64,000 nt of DNA from Lama glama (lineage: Eukaryota). Made by a program: the position numbers and the translations under genes. The notes under the pieces are model-generated. The model ran no database searches and had not been told where the DNA came from. It worked only from the letters and a program-made list of their open reading frames with translations. The DNA lies in assembly GCA_028534125.1 (NCBI GenBank), contig CM052817.1:76696001-76760000 (forward strand). Direction: 5' to 3'. Within the stretch, counting starts at the first letter, position 1. Each line of letters opens with the position of its first letter. This document shows, in pieces, positions 63,352 through 64,000 of this stretch.

Positions 63352-64000
63352 CTGTAGGTTCAAAATAACTAGACCAATACTTAAAATTTCAGACTCGCTA
63401 GGTTAATACGAGCTAAACCCTTAAATCACATTATTACAAAATATATTCATTACGTGTGTATGTAGTCAAACTTTAATTAACTTAATCATTCTTTAACTCT
63501 CTAGCTTCAACACAATAAAAATGTTTAAAAAGTGACTTCAATGTTTTGAATTTCAAATGGAGTTGAATACCACTGTTGGTGACATTTCCTTAAACATAAA
63601 TTGAGCGAGAAAATTACCAGCATTATCATATTTAGTAATACGTATATTACCTCATTTCTTGAATATTAACGTGTGCTCACAGATGCATCAATTAAAATAT
63701 GAGTCATTGATTATTCTGATTAAACTATTTAGGATGCAAGAATGAAATGTCAATATTAGATTCAAGTCTCTTTTTTTTCAGTCTTTTAATGTGTTGTAAG
63801 TTAACATCAGTAAAACACTTTCATAATTTCCTCAGGGAAAGAACTAAGTATAGCATGATATGGTGTACCAGTTAGAATTTGCTAACTAATAACCATCCAC
63901 CCCAAAACGTATCATGTACTACACAAATAAAACACATATTATTTCTCATAGTGCTTGTTGTTGGTTGAGTAATTCTTTTGTCAGAACCAGCTAAGCTGAG

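Overview
AT-rich, repeat-rich mammalian genomic DNA, most likely camelid (tRNA-derived Vic-1-type SINE at 19.5 kb), with two 500-N gaps. I see no intact protein-coding gene. Between the repeats on the minus strand are about 50 decayed exons, most with at least one recognisable splice site and nearly all with stops or frameshifts. Translated by hand, they follow dynein heavy chain motif order from right to left: linker (DHC_N2), AAA1-AAA4, stalk/MTBD, AAA5, strut, AAA6, C-terminal domain (motor A, about 63-19 kb). After a single ~114-nt intron, a second motor follows: linker end, AAA1-AAA4, stalk, AAA5, strut, AAA6 (motor B, about 18.9-1.35 kb). The best interpretation is a unitary pseudogene of a giant, divergent dynein heavy chain with at least two tandem motor rings, unlike single-motor DNAH/DYNC/DNHD1 genes. 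All domain calls come from by-eye comparison with remembered dynein consensus motifs and need HMM/tBLASTn confirmation. Repeat and some exon boundaries are approximate. Notation: * stop, / frameshift, ~ resembles dynein consensus.
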